A stretch of 63,079 nt of DNA, filler included, from Bigelowiella natans CCMP2755 (Eukaryota > Protista > Cercozoa), in NCBI GenBank assembly GCA_000320545.1. It is 8 parts of 8 records of this genome, joined end to end, with 100 filler letters (N's around TTAATTAATTAA, not from the genome) between each part and the next. Parts side by side here need not be neighbours in the genome. Positions count along the whole stretch, not along the records: positions 21,517 to 48,419 come from ADNK01002491.1; 7 more parts are not named here. One strand, given 5' to 3'. Of this stretch, positions 28,921-42,322 are shown piece after piece. Each line of letters starts with the position of its first letter. The stretch's first letter is position 1. The notes under the pieces were generated by a model. The model saw nothing but the letters and a program-made list of their open reading frames with translations, had not been told where the DNA came from and did no database searches. The position numbers and the translations under genes were made by a program.

Positions 28921-29348
28921 GCAAAGAGATATCATTGCCGTTAATCTACAAAAAGATCCAAAGTTGCTGAGCAAAGAAGGAAAGAGTAAGGCGAGGAAGG
29001 GGGGGGGGGGGAGCGATAGGCACCTGCAACTTCCTAAGATTCTCCTCGAATCGAGTGAGTTTCGGCGAGGGAGGGCGGAATGATGCCCTCTTAGCTTTCT
29101 TGTTATTGTTCTTCTTTTTAGTGGTGGTGGTGGTGGTAATGGTAGTCTTCTTCTTCTTCTTCTTTTTCTTCCCGCTGCTGTTGGTATTGTTGGTGGTGTA
29201 GGTATTAAGGCCTCCTTTCAAAGCAACCGTTGCAGCAGCAGCAGCAGCAGCAGCTCGTGTGTTGTAATAGCTACTTGTCGTGGCAATGGTTTGCCTCCTC
29301 TGCAAAGACGAAGAAAAAGAAGAAGAAGAAGAAATGACGATATATATA

Positions 29349-29414
<66 letters not shown>

Positions 29415-29998
29415 TATAGGTTGGGTATGAACCATCATCATGTAAACATCATCACCATCACCATCATCATCATCATCATCATCATCATCATTATCACTAT
29501 CATCATTATTATCATTTTCTTCGTGGTGGTTGTAGATACACTGCTGTAAGCGAGAGACCACATTCCACGACGGACAAATAACACTCACACTCACACTCAC
29601 ACCCACACTCACACTCATACACTGGAGCTTAAATTTTATACACCATCATCAATTCTTATTAACACCCTCGTCGTTGGGATTCGGTGGGAAGGCTTGTAGT
29701 TGTTCTTCTTCTTCTTCTTAATCGTTTGCTGCAGCTGCTGTTTCTTGTTCTTGCTCTCATCACTGGAAAAACGATGATAATTCTCCGTTTCCTTCTCCCT
29801 TCTTCTCTCCTCATCGTCTTCCTCCGTCGTCTCCTCCTCCTCTGCATCCCCGCCATGCCATGCCCTTTCCCCGCGGCGGTTAAGAATTGACGACATGCGG
29901 CGTTTCGCTCCATCTTTTAACGCCAAAAGTCGGCCAACGGAGGGTGGTAGGAGAATAACAGCAAACCAGAATATACAGGACGAATTTGTGTAAATATA

Positions 29999-30077
<79 letters not shown>

Positions 30078-33000
30078 TCATTCCGGATTGATCTCCCTCC
30101 TTCCCCCCTTCCCCTTCCTTCTTATCTCCCCCCACCTCTTTGGTTCCTCGTGTTTGATGCTGATGATGAAGGGGGATTCGAAGCTACGACAGGAGAGTGG
30201 AGTGAGGGCTTGGGCTTCAGAATGGCCGTTCTCATCAGTGAATGACCAGCAGACGTGTGTGGTGGAGAACAGGCCGTCGACTGCTGCCTCATTCCCGCGC
30301 CGCCCTTGATTTTGTAGCGGAAAAAAGAAGTTTATTGTAATGTTTGAAAGTAGCCATGATTATTGTATGGTGCTGAGTAGTAGTAGAAGTAGTTGTAGTA
30401 GTATCATATTCGCATTCTATTATACGTCCTACACTCCCATGATTGCATATGTTCCATGCTTAAAATAGTGTAAAGAGAAGCAAATTGGTGTAGGGTGTTG
30501 TTGTACAATCACTATTATTATTACTATCATTATTATGGTAATCATCATCGTCATCATCGTCATCATCGTCATCTTCGTCATCATCATCATCATCATACCC
30601 AATACCACCATGATCCTCACAACAAAATTCATTAGACTGCGACACCACCACCACCACCACTCACCTTCTCATTATGATGGTTCTTCTTCGCCGTTGTCGC
30701 GTGGGCTGTCCCCTCTCCACCCTTCTTCTCCTCCTCCTCCTCCCCGCTCTCTACGCCTTCCCCCTGCGCACCCATCCATGCAAACCGGCTGCCACGCCCC
30801 CCCCCCATGTTCTTTTTCTTCTTTGCGGTCGTCGTCGTCGTCGTCGTCTTGTTAGTGACCTCGACCTTGGGTGACGAGAGCAGTAGTAAATCTTCATCGC
30901 TTAATAATGCGTTGGAGAAAGCTGCGTGGAATGAAGACAGGCCAGCACCGTCGATATTTCCATTATCGTCGTTATCGTCGTCATCATCGCCAACACCGCG
31001 GTTGGCCCGAACCCTCCTCGTTGGTTGCTGCTGCCGCTTATTTTAGAAAGGGGAAGGAGGACAATACGAATGGCAATGCTTTGTATAAATGAAACGGAGG
31101 CAGGGATGGCAGTAGTAGGGTATGCGCTGCGAGAGAACGGAACTTGGAATTGTGAGTATTATGATTTTTATCATTATTAATATTATTACTATTACTATTA
31201 TGAATCCCTGTAGTGCTACTCAAACATGATATATTATAATATTTCCTTATCGATCTATAACTACGATAGTTGTAGCAGTTGTGTTTGTCAAAATCGTGAT
31301 CAAACCTGGTCCGCTAAGCCCATCATCCTCCTCCTCCCTCCTTGCACCTCCTTCGTCTTCCTTTCCCCGCTGCTGCCACCGTTAGCAGCTGCTGCTCCCT
31401 CAGTCTGCTGCTGCCCCTGCTCGTCCTCCGCGACGTCCATGCCCACATCACGAAGATCCACATGTTTCTTCATGGTTTCGGCAAGGGGGTCGGCAGAACG
31501 CTGAAAAGGGACATTGGGGGCACTGTCGGGAGTGATTTTCATCGTTTCTGCGAGAGAATTTACGATAACAGCAGGGCCGGGAGGAGGAGGAGAGGAAGAA
31601 GAAGATGCTGCCAAAATCGCAGCCTCTTCAGCTATGGATCCACCTGCCAAGGCAGGAGTTGTCGCTGTTGCGACTGCTGTACCTCCTCCTCCTCCTCCTC
31701 CTTCTCCTCCTCTTCTGCCACCAGGTGTCGGCGTTGTGGGCACATTTGCATCGGAATAGAAGAAGCGTCTCGCACTTGCATCCTCCTTTGTCGATGACCC
31801 GACCCCGTGCACCGCTCTCTCTGCCTGTGTGGGAAGAGGCGAAAAAGTCTTGCTCTCCTGGAGGTATGAGGGGGGACTGTCCTCCGGAAACTCGTTCTTT
31901 TAAAGAGAGATAACAACAATAATAGTATTATTAAAATAGTAGCAGTGGATGAAACATCATTATACAGAGAGGTCCTGTTGGCAGGAAGAGTTCTATTTTT
32001 TTATTGTAATGTTAATGTTCATCTTCTATGCATTGGTCATCATCACAGAGTGATAAACCATAATCATCAACATATTCCTCATTATCATGGTTAGGCTATG
32101 AAGAAACAGACAACAAGCACCGAGGTTTTACCCGCAGCTGCTCTAGAATATTTTGGTGCTCCTTCGTGAGGCGGGTCATGGAGAACGGGCTGCTGGAGCT
32201 GATGAATATGATTATTTCGAGGATGATAAGCACACGGAAAGGACGATCATAAACATGATCCAACCACAGCAGTAAATACCTCTGTGCGGTGGTCGATGTA
32301 TACGGGCCCCCACCCGCTCCAGCAACTCCTTGTTCGTATTTTTCTTTCTGTTCTCCTTCCTTCTGTTTCTTCGACAATGTTTCAGAGGGGGGGCTAGCAT
32401 CGGCTAAATGTAGATGGCGTACGGGGGAACAATCATTTCCAGCCCTTTGTCTTCTTCTTCTTTTCTCATCTGAATTCTTGGTGATAACAGGTGGCGGTTC
32501 TGAGGCTGTGCCCCTTCGTATCCGTTCTAAGTTATAAGCCTGCATATGTTTGAAACGAGAGGAAGGACAGTGAAAGATTTCAACAATTACGGCATCGCTG
32601 CTGGGTTCTATTCACGTGTCCTTGCCATCAAAAATGACAATGCAAGGTGATTAGAGGACCTCAGAAGGAAGCGGCGATCGGCTGTATATGTTTCTTCGCA
32701 CCGAGCTGTGTTGAGAGGAGTCCGCGTTGGCACTCGGTTGCTCTCTACAAGGTGGAATTTTGAGAGGGATGCCGCACGAAGAAGTAGAAGCAGTGGCAGG
32801 TAGTATCAGCATTTCATTCATATGAAAGGACATTTGTGGGTGCACATGTACTGTACCTTTTCCCAAAACGTTTGGAGTCGTTTTGGATGCTGCTTTTGCC
32901 ACTGTTCTTCGAGTTGAAACGACTTCTGCGAGAGGAAGCTGGTTGGGGAGTTATGGGTTGCCATTCACGTCTAGGGGGCCTGTAGCCCGCTATCCCTTCG

Positions 33001-33322
33001 CCTTGGCGATGAATCTCGGCAGACTTGTCTCCTTTCTCCTCTGCAATAGAAATGCCACTGCCACTATGCGATGGGGACGACTGAGGCGGGGGTTGGGTCG
33101 GAGCTGTCAAGAATCCCCAGTCCACTATTAATGTTTTTCTGGTGATCCTCTGAGGGAAATGTCAGTCGTGATGAGATAATTGATAGCCATTAATGGCTAT
33201 CGATCTAGACAAAACTATCTCACCTCAACAGCCTCCGCACAATTTTGGGCGTAGTTCGTGGCCAATCGGTGGCTCTCGGATGGGGTTGCTTGCAGTTTCG
33301 ATAACGTAAGCACAGCTGACAT
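27185..33322 (-). CDS. Hypothetical low-complexity multi-exon protein (may be more than one gene)
   Basis: Chain of minus-strand GT-AG-bounded coding-like segments, from MSAVLTLSKLQ... through AYNLERIRRG... and EFYEEKLKSLSEK to ...DRSGEFTL-stop. No family recognised. Confidence 0.4.
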
Positions 33323-33949
33323 CGCCTTTAGTTGCTGGGTTTGGGGAAAACAGAGGAGGGATAAAAATAAGTTACACAAAAGGGATAAGCTTGCAAAGAA
33401 ATGAGCAACGGTTATATAAGTGCGGTAGGTAATGAACAAAATCACAAACTTGCTGCTTGTTGTGTACACATGCAGCGTTCGTTTATTCGCTATCTTCTTA
33501 TTCTGGAAACACAACCCTTGAGTAGGTCAAGAGTATCTTTTCTTGAACAGAAGACGAAATGCCATTTGCTGTTGATCCCGGACTAAATAAGGCGTCTATC
33601 ATGCCTTTAACCCTTCGAACTAGTTCGGGGTGGCAGCCTTCTTCCATCCTTTCCATAGCGGTGGCGCTACTATTCGGTTATTTACACGAGGTTATGAAAG
33701 CCAAAAGAAGACAAACGCCCCAAAATTTTATCTTCTTTGATCATGAATCCTATGTCGTAAGACACAATTCAATGTATTCCGGCCACCCGAAAAGGACCTC
33801 CATGGTCTGACGATTTTGGGAGGGGAATTTAGGATGTTTGAAGGGTGAGTCGGATATTTGCGGGAAGAGGTTCCGTATCTAGTATTTGTCGGGAGCGAAC
33901 GCATTTTTCCAGGAATTTACGACATATACAGGGCATTTTATACGTATAA

Positions 33950-35476
33950 ATGTCGATATCGTCTTCGCGTATCGGCTCTTCGTTATGTCGACACCCACAA
34001 GACCTAAGACCGCAGACCAGCATATCCACGTTCACACCCCCATCGGAAAGCGAGCGGCGGCTTGCAATTGGCTTTTCAAAGTCCGGGGAGCTTAAACACC
34101 TTGATCAGTATAACCCAAAACTGACTAAAAATGAAATTCGGGAGCTCAAGAAAATTCTGTCGCCCGACGGGAAGCACTTCGACGTAATACTGAACGACGA
34201 AAGTAGTCGTGTGTGTATGTTTGTGTCTGTCTCTGTGTTCGTTGTTTGACGTCAATTCGTGGCTTGTTGCAGCCAATTCCTGAACCTGATGAAGACGATT
34301 GGCTGGGTTGGCGAAAGGCCAAGCATCAGAGCTTCCGATCATACGTGAAATCGAAGCCGAAGAAGTACAAACCGGGAAATCAAATATACCTTCTCCCCCT
34401 CTCGGCTGATGGGACGCTCGATGGTTTTCCGCCCATCTCAGTTCTATCTGAGGTTGTGGAAAATTTTTTTGGGATCAAAACTGCAATTTTAGACGCAGTG
34501 CCGATCAGAAAATTGGGTAAAATTAGAACACGCGAGAAGTATGATGAGGAGGATGATGAGGATGGTTGGATACAATACAATGCGATGGATATACTCGACG
34601 CAATGGGCTTCCGCAAGCCCCAGGATTCGCACACACTTTGCGCGGTCACTATGCTCGATATTTACAAAGGGGGATTTAACTACTTATTTGGTCTAGCACG
34701 TACAAGGGGTGGAGTAGGCGTGTTCAGCTTTTCCCGTCAGGATCCTGCTGTGCGCTCATGTGAGTTCTGGAACGGGAGCTCGAAGCGTGGTCCGGGGGAT
34801 AACGAAAAGCTCCTTAGGCGTGCCTCGGCAACCCTATGTCACGAAATTGGTCACACATTTGGGCTCAAGCATTGGTAGGTGCGCGACACAATGATCGCAG
34901 TGCATTAAGTAGCGGCGCAGAGATTGATTCTCTAAGTGATGACTTTATAATCTTGGAAATTTTATACTCGTTCCCCTCATTTGTTTTCCACCTTACCGCA
35001 GCACCTTCTTTCGATGCCTGATGCAAGGGTCTAACTCGCTCAGGGAGTCGGAAGACAGAGGCATGCAGTTGTGCCCTGTCTGCTTGCGGAAGCTTCATTG
35101 GAACACAAGATTTTCCTTAGCAAAGAGATATGCAAATATGGCACATATTTTCGAAAAGCATCATGAGGTTTTCTCCCAGGCTGGTGAACGGATTCGAAGC
35201 CGTCTGGATATTACCGGGATCCAGGTTGGCGATGAGGATGTGACATCAAGGATTGCACGATTAACTTTAAAGAGGGTAGCAAAACCTTTTACACCTCGGT
35301 CTAAATTTAAATCAAGGACGGCAAAATCACCAAAAGTAATAGCCGTTGCACCTCAGCAGGCTAAATCCAATTCACCAAAAACAAAATCACCTAAAGAAAA
35401 ATCACAGAGTGTTGGACGGACTTATAGTCGCTCCCGAGATCGTGTAAAGAGCGAGCTAAAGAGTCCAGAAACTTAG
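33950..35476 (+). CDS. Archaemetzincin (peptidase family M54), 3 exons
   Basis: CHEIGHTFGLKHC|TFFRCLMQGSNSLRESEDRGMQLCPVCLRKL gives HExxHxxGxxH plus the four-Cys archaemetzincin motif. Also FNYLFGLA...GVGVFSFSR. Confidence 0.92.
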
Positions 35477-35509
35477 GTCAAAGCGTCGTCGATGTGAGGG
35501 GTTAGAAAT

Positions 35510-36120
35510 CTATAGCTAAATTCCGAAATTGAACTGTTGAATTGTGCCCAACTATGTGAATCTCATTGCGATGGCGTCTAGCTAGCTCTAGCTTGGCGTG
35601 TTCTAGTGTTCGCATATTCGTTGATGTGTGTTTGTTCGCTACAGTTGTTTTACGATATAACGAATGTGCATACGTAGCTATATACATGCGCACATGTCTA
35701 GATGTGTGCGCATGTATGCAATGCCAGAATCGAATGTCTAGAATGCGAATGTACATCAGTACAGAGCTCTAGCGCTAGTCACATTTGTTTTTTGCTATTT
35801 GCTTGATGCTCCTGCTTATTGCGCTCACTATCGCTGCCGTCTTGCATGCTGCATGTAGCATCCACGCTCAAGTACTTGTTTGCATCTAGATGTGCGACAC
35901 ATGCCATGTCCATCTAATCTGCTAGTAGTAAATGTGTTATTTGTGGACTACAACAGCGCGTGTATGTAGATCTACGCTATGCGACACAAAACGATTATCC
36001 ATATTTATTTGCTTACATGAAGTGTGTATAACTGAGAATTCGGTAGGAACTACCGCTACTTTGAGCACATGCAAAAAAGTGCGATATGAACCACTGTTCC
36101 CAGCATACATGAAAAGCTAG
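35510..36120. repeat. CTAG/TG/CA-rich intergenic island (island 3)
   Basis: Repeated gtctagatgt and gctagc motifs between the convergent archaemetzincin and PsbY 3' ends. Confidence 0.6.
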
Positions 36121-36293
36121 TATCTCACCACCAATGATACTTACTTTTTTTTTTTAATGCAAAGCTACATCCTGCTATGTATGCAAAGTTACATTCTGAT
36201 TCACATAAGGCAGTTAACATATTCAATTACACAAATTGCTATTCGTGTGGGAACTTTGCGATCGCAATACACCTAGAGTGCTTTGCCGAATGT

Positions 36294-36994
36294 TTACTTT
36301 TGCTCCGCGGTGATCTCGTCAAGTGCTGCAAGGATCTCCGAAGCATCAGCACTCTGGAGAGCAGCAGCTCCTGCAGCGCCAGTAGCAAGAGATCCGATAA
36401 ACTGAAAGAAAAATGAAAATTATAGCATTCCGTTTACTAAAATATCTTAGCCAGGTGTTCTATAGATTTCAAAAATTTTCTATGTAAATTTCATGCCCCC
36501 TTAATGTGAAAAATGTAAGTATGTCATTGGTATATTACCCCACGGCGACGAGTAGTCTTCTTAGCCTTTCCTGCCTTTGCTTGAGCTTCAGCACTCATAT
36601 CAGTAAGCTGGTTTTGAGCAGGGCCAAGAATGTTGAACCCAACCCATGCAAGTACTGGAACGCCAAGGAAAGCAATCTTGGATAACCTGCCGTCAGTCTT
36701 CTTTAGCTCTGCAACCTGATTAATCTTCTGAGCACGGGAAACAAGGGCCATGTTACGGTTCATAGCTTGATGAACTTGAGCGTTGGAAATCCTTGGAAGG
36801 GTCATAGCGCGGGTGTTCGACATAACTGGAGCAGCAAGCTGAGGAGCAGCGAAAGCTCCCATGCATGCACAAGCAACCAGGCCGATACAAGCAACGGCAG
36901 AGACTGCAAGAACAGCCTTCTCGAGTTTGCTGTATGCCGACTTCTTGCCGGATTCAAGATCAGTGTAAGGGATGTTGAGATTCACGTACGACAT
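36294..36994 (-). CDS. psbY: Photosystem II PsbY precursor with bipartite plastid-targeting leader, 2 exons (36994-36539, 36401-36294)
   Basis: Mature region DGRLSKIAFLGVPVLAWVGFNILGPAQNQLTDM matches the PsbY pattern (DxR...P.laWv.fNIl.Pa.nQl..M). N-terminal hydrophobic signal AVLAVSAVACIGLVACACMGA is followed by a basic transit-like segment. Confidence 0.85.
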
Positions 36995-37992
36995 TTTCAA
37001 GGGGGGCGAGTACAGATGGCTTATGCCGATTACGAGACACGAAACACTGTATTTTCAGATTCAACCTGTCAGAGCCCGAGGATTTCGTATTCTTAATCTC
37101 AGGGAAATAATTTGAGAAGACTTGAAAAATACAAGTAACATTGCAATATAATTCGGCATCTTAGAAATGCCGTCGGCATTTCACTAGTAATATATTCTGA
37201 AACACCTCCCGGTCCAAAAGATGCGTAGAGGGCCGGGATTCTGTGATTGGTAATTAAATGCAACCGTATTTATATGTAAATATGTCCACTTTTGTTGTCG
37301 CTCTAAAAATTTGAAAAATTCTGTCTTGTTGTGACCACTCTTATCGACAAGCATGTTTTCCGTCGAAAAGATGCGATGTGATTTGGAGAATTGGACGAAA
37401 TGGCATGCGAAATTGGAATTCGCATCACTAAAGAGCCATTTTGATCTCAGCAAAATCTCCGCAACAAACAGCTTATTTGTCGCAAAACAGTAAGATATTT
37501 GAATTACGACAATAAAAACTCATTGACGAAAGAGAATAAAGCGTCTATCGACATTTGAGGAAAGAGGCCGCTTGCCGATTGTGAACCTTATGAGAGCACT
37601 CATGCGAATCTCCCGTTCGAAAGAGTGCTTTCGGAGATGCGAACATCGAAAAACGCAACACCAATACTCAGGTTTTCGCGCGTTTATTGGATGAAATGCT
37701 GGTTGTTTTTGGCAAACGCCTGGTTGCAGCTGGACATATTTGGATTTTCTTCCGACAACGCCAGCCCAGCAGCTCGACGGCTTCGGAAAAGGAAGCAAAA
37801 CGCCGTAGGGATTATTTGAAAGTAGACCAATGTGCACTTTTTTGGAGAAAAGTGCAGTAAATTTCACAAATTATACCTTTTTCGTATGTCATCATTATCT
37901 GAAAAATCAAACTGAACGACTTCGGATGGCGCCTGGCGTTCTCGGCCGTAGATCTCCGTTGATCCGATGACGGCGGACTGTCGGTGGATGGA

Positions 37993-40900
37993 ATGATTCC
38001 GCAGAGCCACCATACACTTCAAAGTCATCGATGCTATCGTCATATTCGAACTCGATATCAGGGCCTTTTCTGGGCTTTTTTCCTGGGCTGCAGCGGCATC
38101 TTGCTTGTGTTCGGTTCGAATGAGCATTTCGCCACTCGTGCCAACGAGCACCGTATCAGCGCATCTGCCCCATCCGTCTCCTCCATCATCGATCCAAATC
38201 AGAAAGACCAGTTGCTTCAGAAAATAACGCCGGTGAAAGATGCTGGAGGGGAGATCGAGGCCGATCATCATCGTCTGGCCTCGATGTACACCGGAAGGGC
38301 TTGGAATCCAAATGCAAACCAGTTACATCGCCTGTGCATCGCTACGGAATCTCTTGCCTTTCAGCTCGTGGTGTCAGCTGCGACGACGATGGTTACGGCA
38401 GCAACGACAACAACTCCAGTAGCCTCTCCCCCGCCTGCCACCTGCCGGCCGGTGCAAGAATACAGCAGCGAAAACGATGTGGGAGGAATACCTGGGTTTA
38501 TAACAGCGAAGAAACTCTATCTCCAGCAGAAAGCATTGCGAGGTGGTGGGGCAACTATAGTCCCGCATAGGACGCAAGGTAGTGACATAACACATCACAA
38601 TGTCTTTGATGAATCGTAAGAATACAAGCAATTACTTTTATATCAATGATCACAGTAGGGGAAGGATCGGCAGCTGCGACACAGTTTTCTCGACACTGTC
38701 ATCATGGCTACCACCAAAAACAGCAACAGCAACACCAGGATCAGCGTCAACACCATTGCTGGGGTGTGAGAATACAGATATTCCCAACGATCGGCAGAAG
38801 AACAGGCCGTGTCTTAACTGACGTCGTTGAATTGCAACCTCGCCGATCGCTTCAACAGCCAATGCCTCAATGCGAAAGGAAAGACATCAGCATTAGCGTG
38901 AACACTGACGACAAAACTAAGCATTCGCCTTCACAGTCGGCAATCGATAAGGGCGGTACCTGGACATTGGGCTCATATTACAGTCGCACAATGGCACTCG
39001 ATGTGGCGTGCATCGTACAGACGTTACTCGTTGGGCCGATCACGTCCTCTCGAAGCTCATCACTCCGCGAGGCGACGCTTCACCTCACCCGACAACTTTT
39101 AGAGGGAGGGGGGGCGGAGGAAGGAAGTATGAATAGCGATGGCGGAGCGAATCGTATTGATGGTGGTAGTGGTGGCACTTTTGTGCCCCGCACCGACCAC
39201 CCTTCCTCCCCCAGCTTTCTCTTCGATTCCGCATTTTACCAGCATTTGAAAACAGTGGAGCAGTTAGGGTACTATGTGCAACATGGCAAACGCCCACAAT
39301 GAAATAATGCAAACATTGCTGCCATGCCCTTGACCTTTGCGACAATTATCTCAGAATCTGGAAGACTTTTCCTGAAATACCGATAATTTTTTGTCCAAGC
39401 ACTTGATGATAGTCTCTCATCTCACCTCGATTTCTTCTTCCAAAGCATTCTAACGACAATTATTGACTAAATCCCTTCTCCTCCTCCTCCTGCTCCTCAG
39501 GTTCTCCAAACTAGCAGATATGTACTATGATGCACTAGCCGCCATCCGAGAGGGGCTTACTCATGCAACGAAGCGTATTCAGCAGCTCCTTGCACTTCAG
39601 AGAACGCTCAATTTAACGCGCATCCCTCGGACGATTGAGGCTTATGACATCAGCCACTGCCAGGGGTATGGAACTGTCGCCTCGAAAATTGTGCTCAAAG
39701 ACGGAATCCCCGCCACCCACCGCTATCGCTGCTTCAAGGTGCTTTCTGAAGGAGAGGGTCGGGGTACAGGACCTCCTTGCCCCCCCCTTCAGCCCGCAAT
39801 GCATTCCGACGACTGTAAGTCGATGCAGGAGGCAGTGTTCAAGCGCTTTTCTCGGCGGCGCTGGAAGGGGCGTCGTTTACACGATGATGAGGGGAGAAAC
39901 GAAGAAAGAGACGAGTTGGGAGGGGGTAGTGACTACTACAATAGCGACAGCCAGAAAGTAAAGGAAGGTGAGTGGGAGGATGACGAGCTGCCTGATCTTG
40001 TTCTCATTGATGGAGGAAAGCCACAGCTTGGCGCTGCGATTAAAGGGCTCAATGCTGCTCGCATTCGTGTAGGAATCGACGTTGATGTAGCTGCCTTGGC
40101 AAAGCGCGAGGAGCAGCTGTTTGTGCTTGGAACAAAGACTCCAGTTCCGACCAAGGGAAGGGAGAGCAGCGACATTCTTCTCTGTAATTACCTTTTTTTC
40201 TAATTTAAAAGTTGGGGAGAGCAAGATTGTGTGGTGGTACAGAAGGTGAAGGAGAAAGCGAGGGGAGGGAAAGGAGGAGAAGAAATAATGCTGATGATGA
40301 CAATAATAATAAGAATATAATGAAGAAAATAAGAAATCTGCAGCTCCTTTCTTTTCAGTTTCATATTGCCAGAATAGTACGTTTGTCTTTTCTTATACGT
40401 GTGACTCACATGTCACGATACTACTAGCAACACAAATGATCCGAACGATGCTCTTTTGGTGATATGCGGTGGTGATGGTGGTGGTGGTGGTGGTGGTAGC
40501 GTCAAATGTCGTCAACTCCCATGTAATTGCACCTCCATTACTTTGAATTCTTTGCTTATGCACGCAATGGTTTCTCCAATCAACCCCTCTATCCCCCCCC
40601 CCTCCTTTTTCTCCCCTCCCTCTTTCCCTTTGTCCGCATCCGTCCGTTTTCTCCTGGATCTTCTCTTCCATCAGGTCGGAAGGCTCGCGACGAGGCGCAT
40701 GCAATGGCGCTTCTCACCCACCGCACGCTGCGTCACCAGAATGCGATCTCGAGCCAAATCGACGCTATATGCCATGGAATCCTCCTCCCAGCAAGCAAAC
40801 ATCGGCAGGCGCTGGCCGAGATGTTTCCTACCCCTCGCTCCCTCGCTAAGACCACACCGATCAATCTCGCAACGAAGACAGGAATGCCCCTCGCCACAGC

Positions 40901-42290
40901 GCGCAGGATACTCGAGAGGGTGGCAGCAGAGGAGGGGGGGGGGGAGGGGGGTCCTACCAAGGAAAGAAAGGGGAACGAGGAGAAAAACGGTAAATCGGGT
41001 GGTTATAAAAACTTCTGGAGCTGGAGAAGAAACAGAGGCGAATCATCATCCGCTAACAGTACCAGCAGCAGCAATGGTGACAGCTATTCCTCGGAAAGAG
41101 GAAGGGATGTCTCGGGTGTTGTTGAGCGTGTTGCTAAGATGCCGTCAGCTGTCAGCGCCCTCGCTTCTGCCACCTATGGAGGTGAGCGCCGTCGTCCACC
41201 ACCACCACGACGACGACGACGATGACGATGATGATGATGATGATGATGATGATTCACATTTCATTGCCCAATCAATCTGTATTGTCATGTGCCGGATTCC
41301 ACTCATTGATGATATGCGGCATCTTTGGACACCAGGTCGCTTCGATCAACTAATGCGAGCTCTTGAGCAGAAGGAGGAGGGAAAGGACAGCGCTGCTGCA
41401 GCAGCAGCTTCTGGAGAAGGGGCCACACCTTTTGGAACTATGACTACCAGCGACAATAATATGTGGGATGGTACGTTCACGACACACTTGAGCTACTTCC
41501 TCCTCGGAAAATTCTTTCAAAAACACAGGCCATATGCACAGACGTAGGCTGGTACACAAACATGCAAACATACCTGCCCCTCTCCTCTCTTCCTCCTCTT
41601 CTGCATTTGAATACCACCTCTCCTCCTTGAATATTTTCAGAGCGACTGGCCAAAGTAGCACAATCAGCAGCAGCTCAAGAGACATCGGTGGCAGAAGTAG
41701 CAAAAGCAGCAGCCCCCTCGCCATCTCACTCACCAGCATCCCACTTGAAAATACACAAAAGCCAACTTCATCACAGTCACTTACCCCCTGGAGAAAGAAA
41801 GCCGAAGAGTCCGATTTCAAAGGTGGGAGAAATGGCGCTATCACCACCAAGGCCACAGCCATTGCGTGGGATGAAGGCCAAGGTCTGGTGGAGGGAACAT
41901 GGCATCCTGCAGCGGTACTACAATAGCAGTTTATATTGCATTTGCGTGGAAAACGACAATGGCATGAACAATCGCTTGGGAGATAAATATTAAATTTGTG
42001 TGCACGCGTGTGTGATTGTGTGTGTGTGTGCGTGTGTTCTTGCAATAATATAGACAATGTAATCTATATATGAGTATATTCTTGCATGTCCCCTCCAAAT
42101 AATTGACGTATTTATTGGTTAATTTTCGCTGATGCTATTTCTCCTTTTTTCCTGTAATCGTTAGCTCTGAGTTGGCCACAGAACCTCAGTCGTTAAGCGG
42201 CACCTTGGACCTACTTCAAACACTCCTCTCTCACCTTCGCCTTCTCGGGCCTACTACTACGACAACGATGACATGTAATTCGACCCAGAG

Positions 42291-42322
<32 letters not shown>

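Larger units (their letters stand above)
8500..32000. repeat. Dense intronic microsatellites: (TA)n, (GA)n, (CA)n, (CAT)n, (TAG)n, (CAA)n; also 1-2900 and 40200-63079
   Basis: Directly visible. Most introns of these genes carry one or more SSR tracts. Confidence 0.9.
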
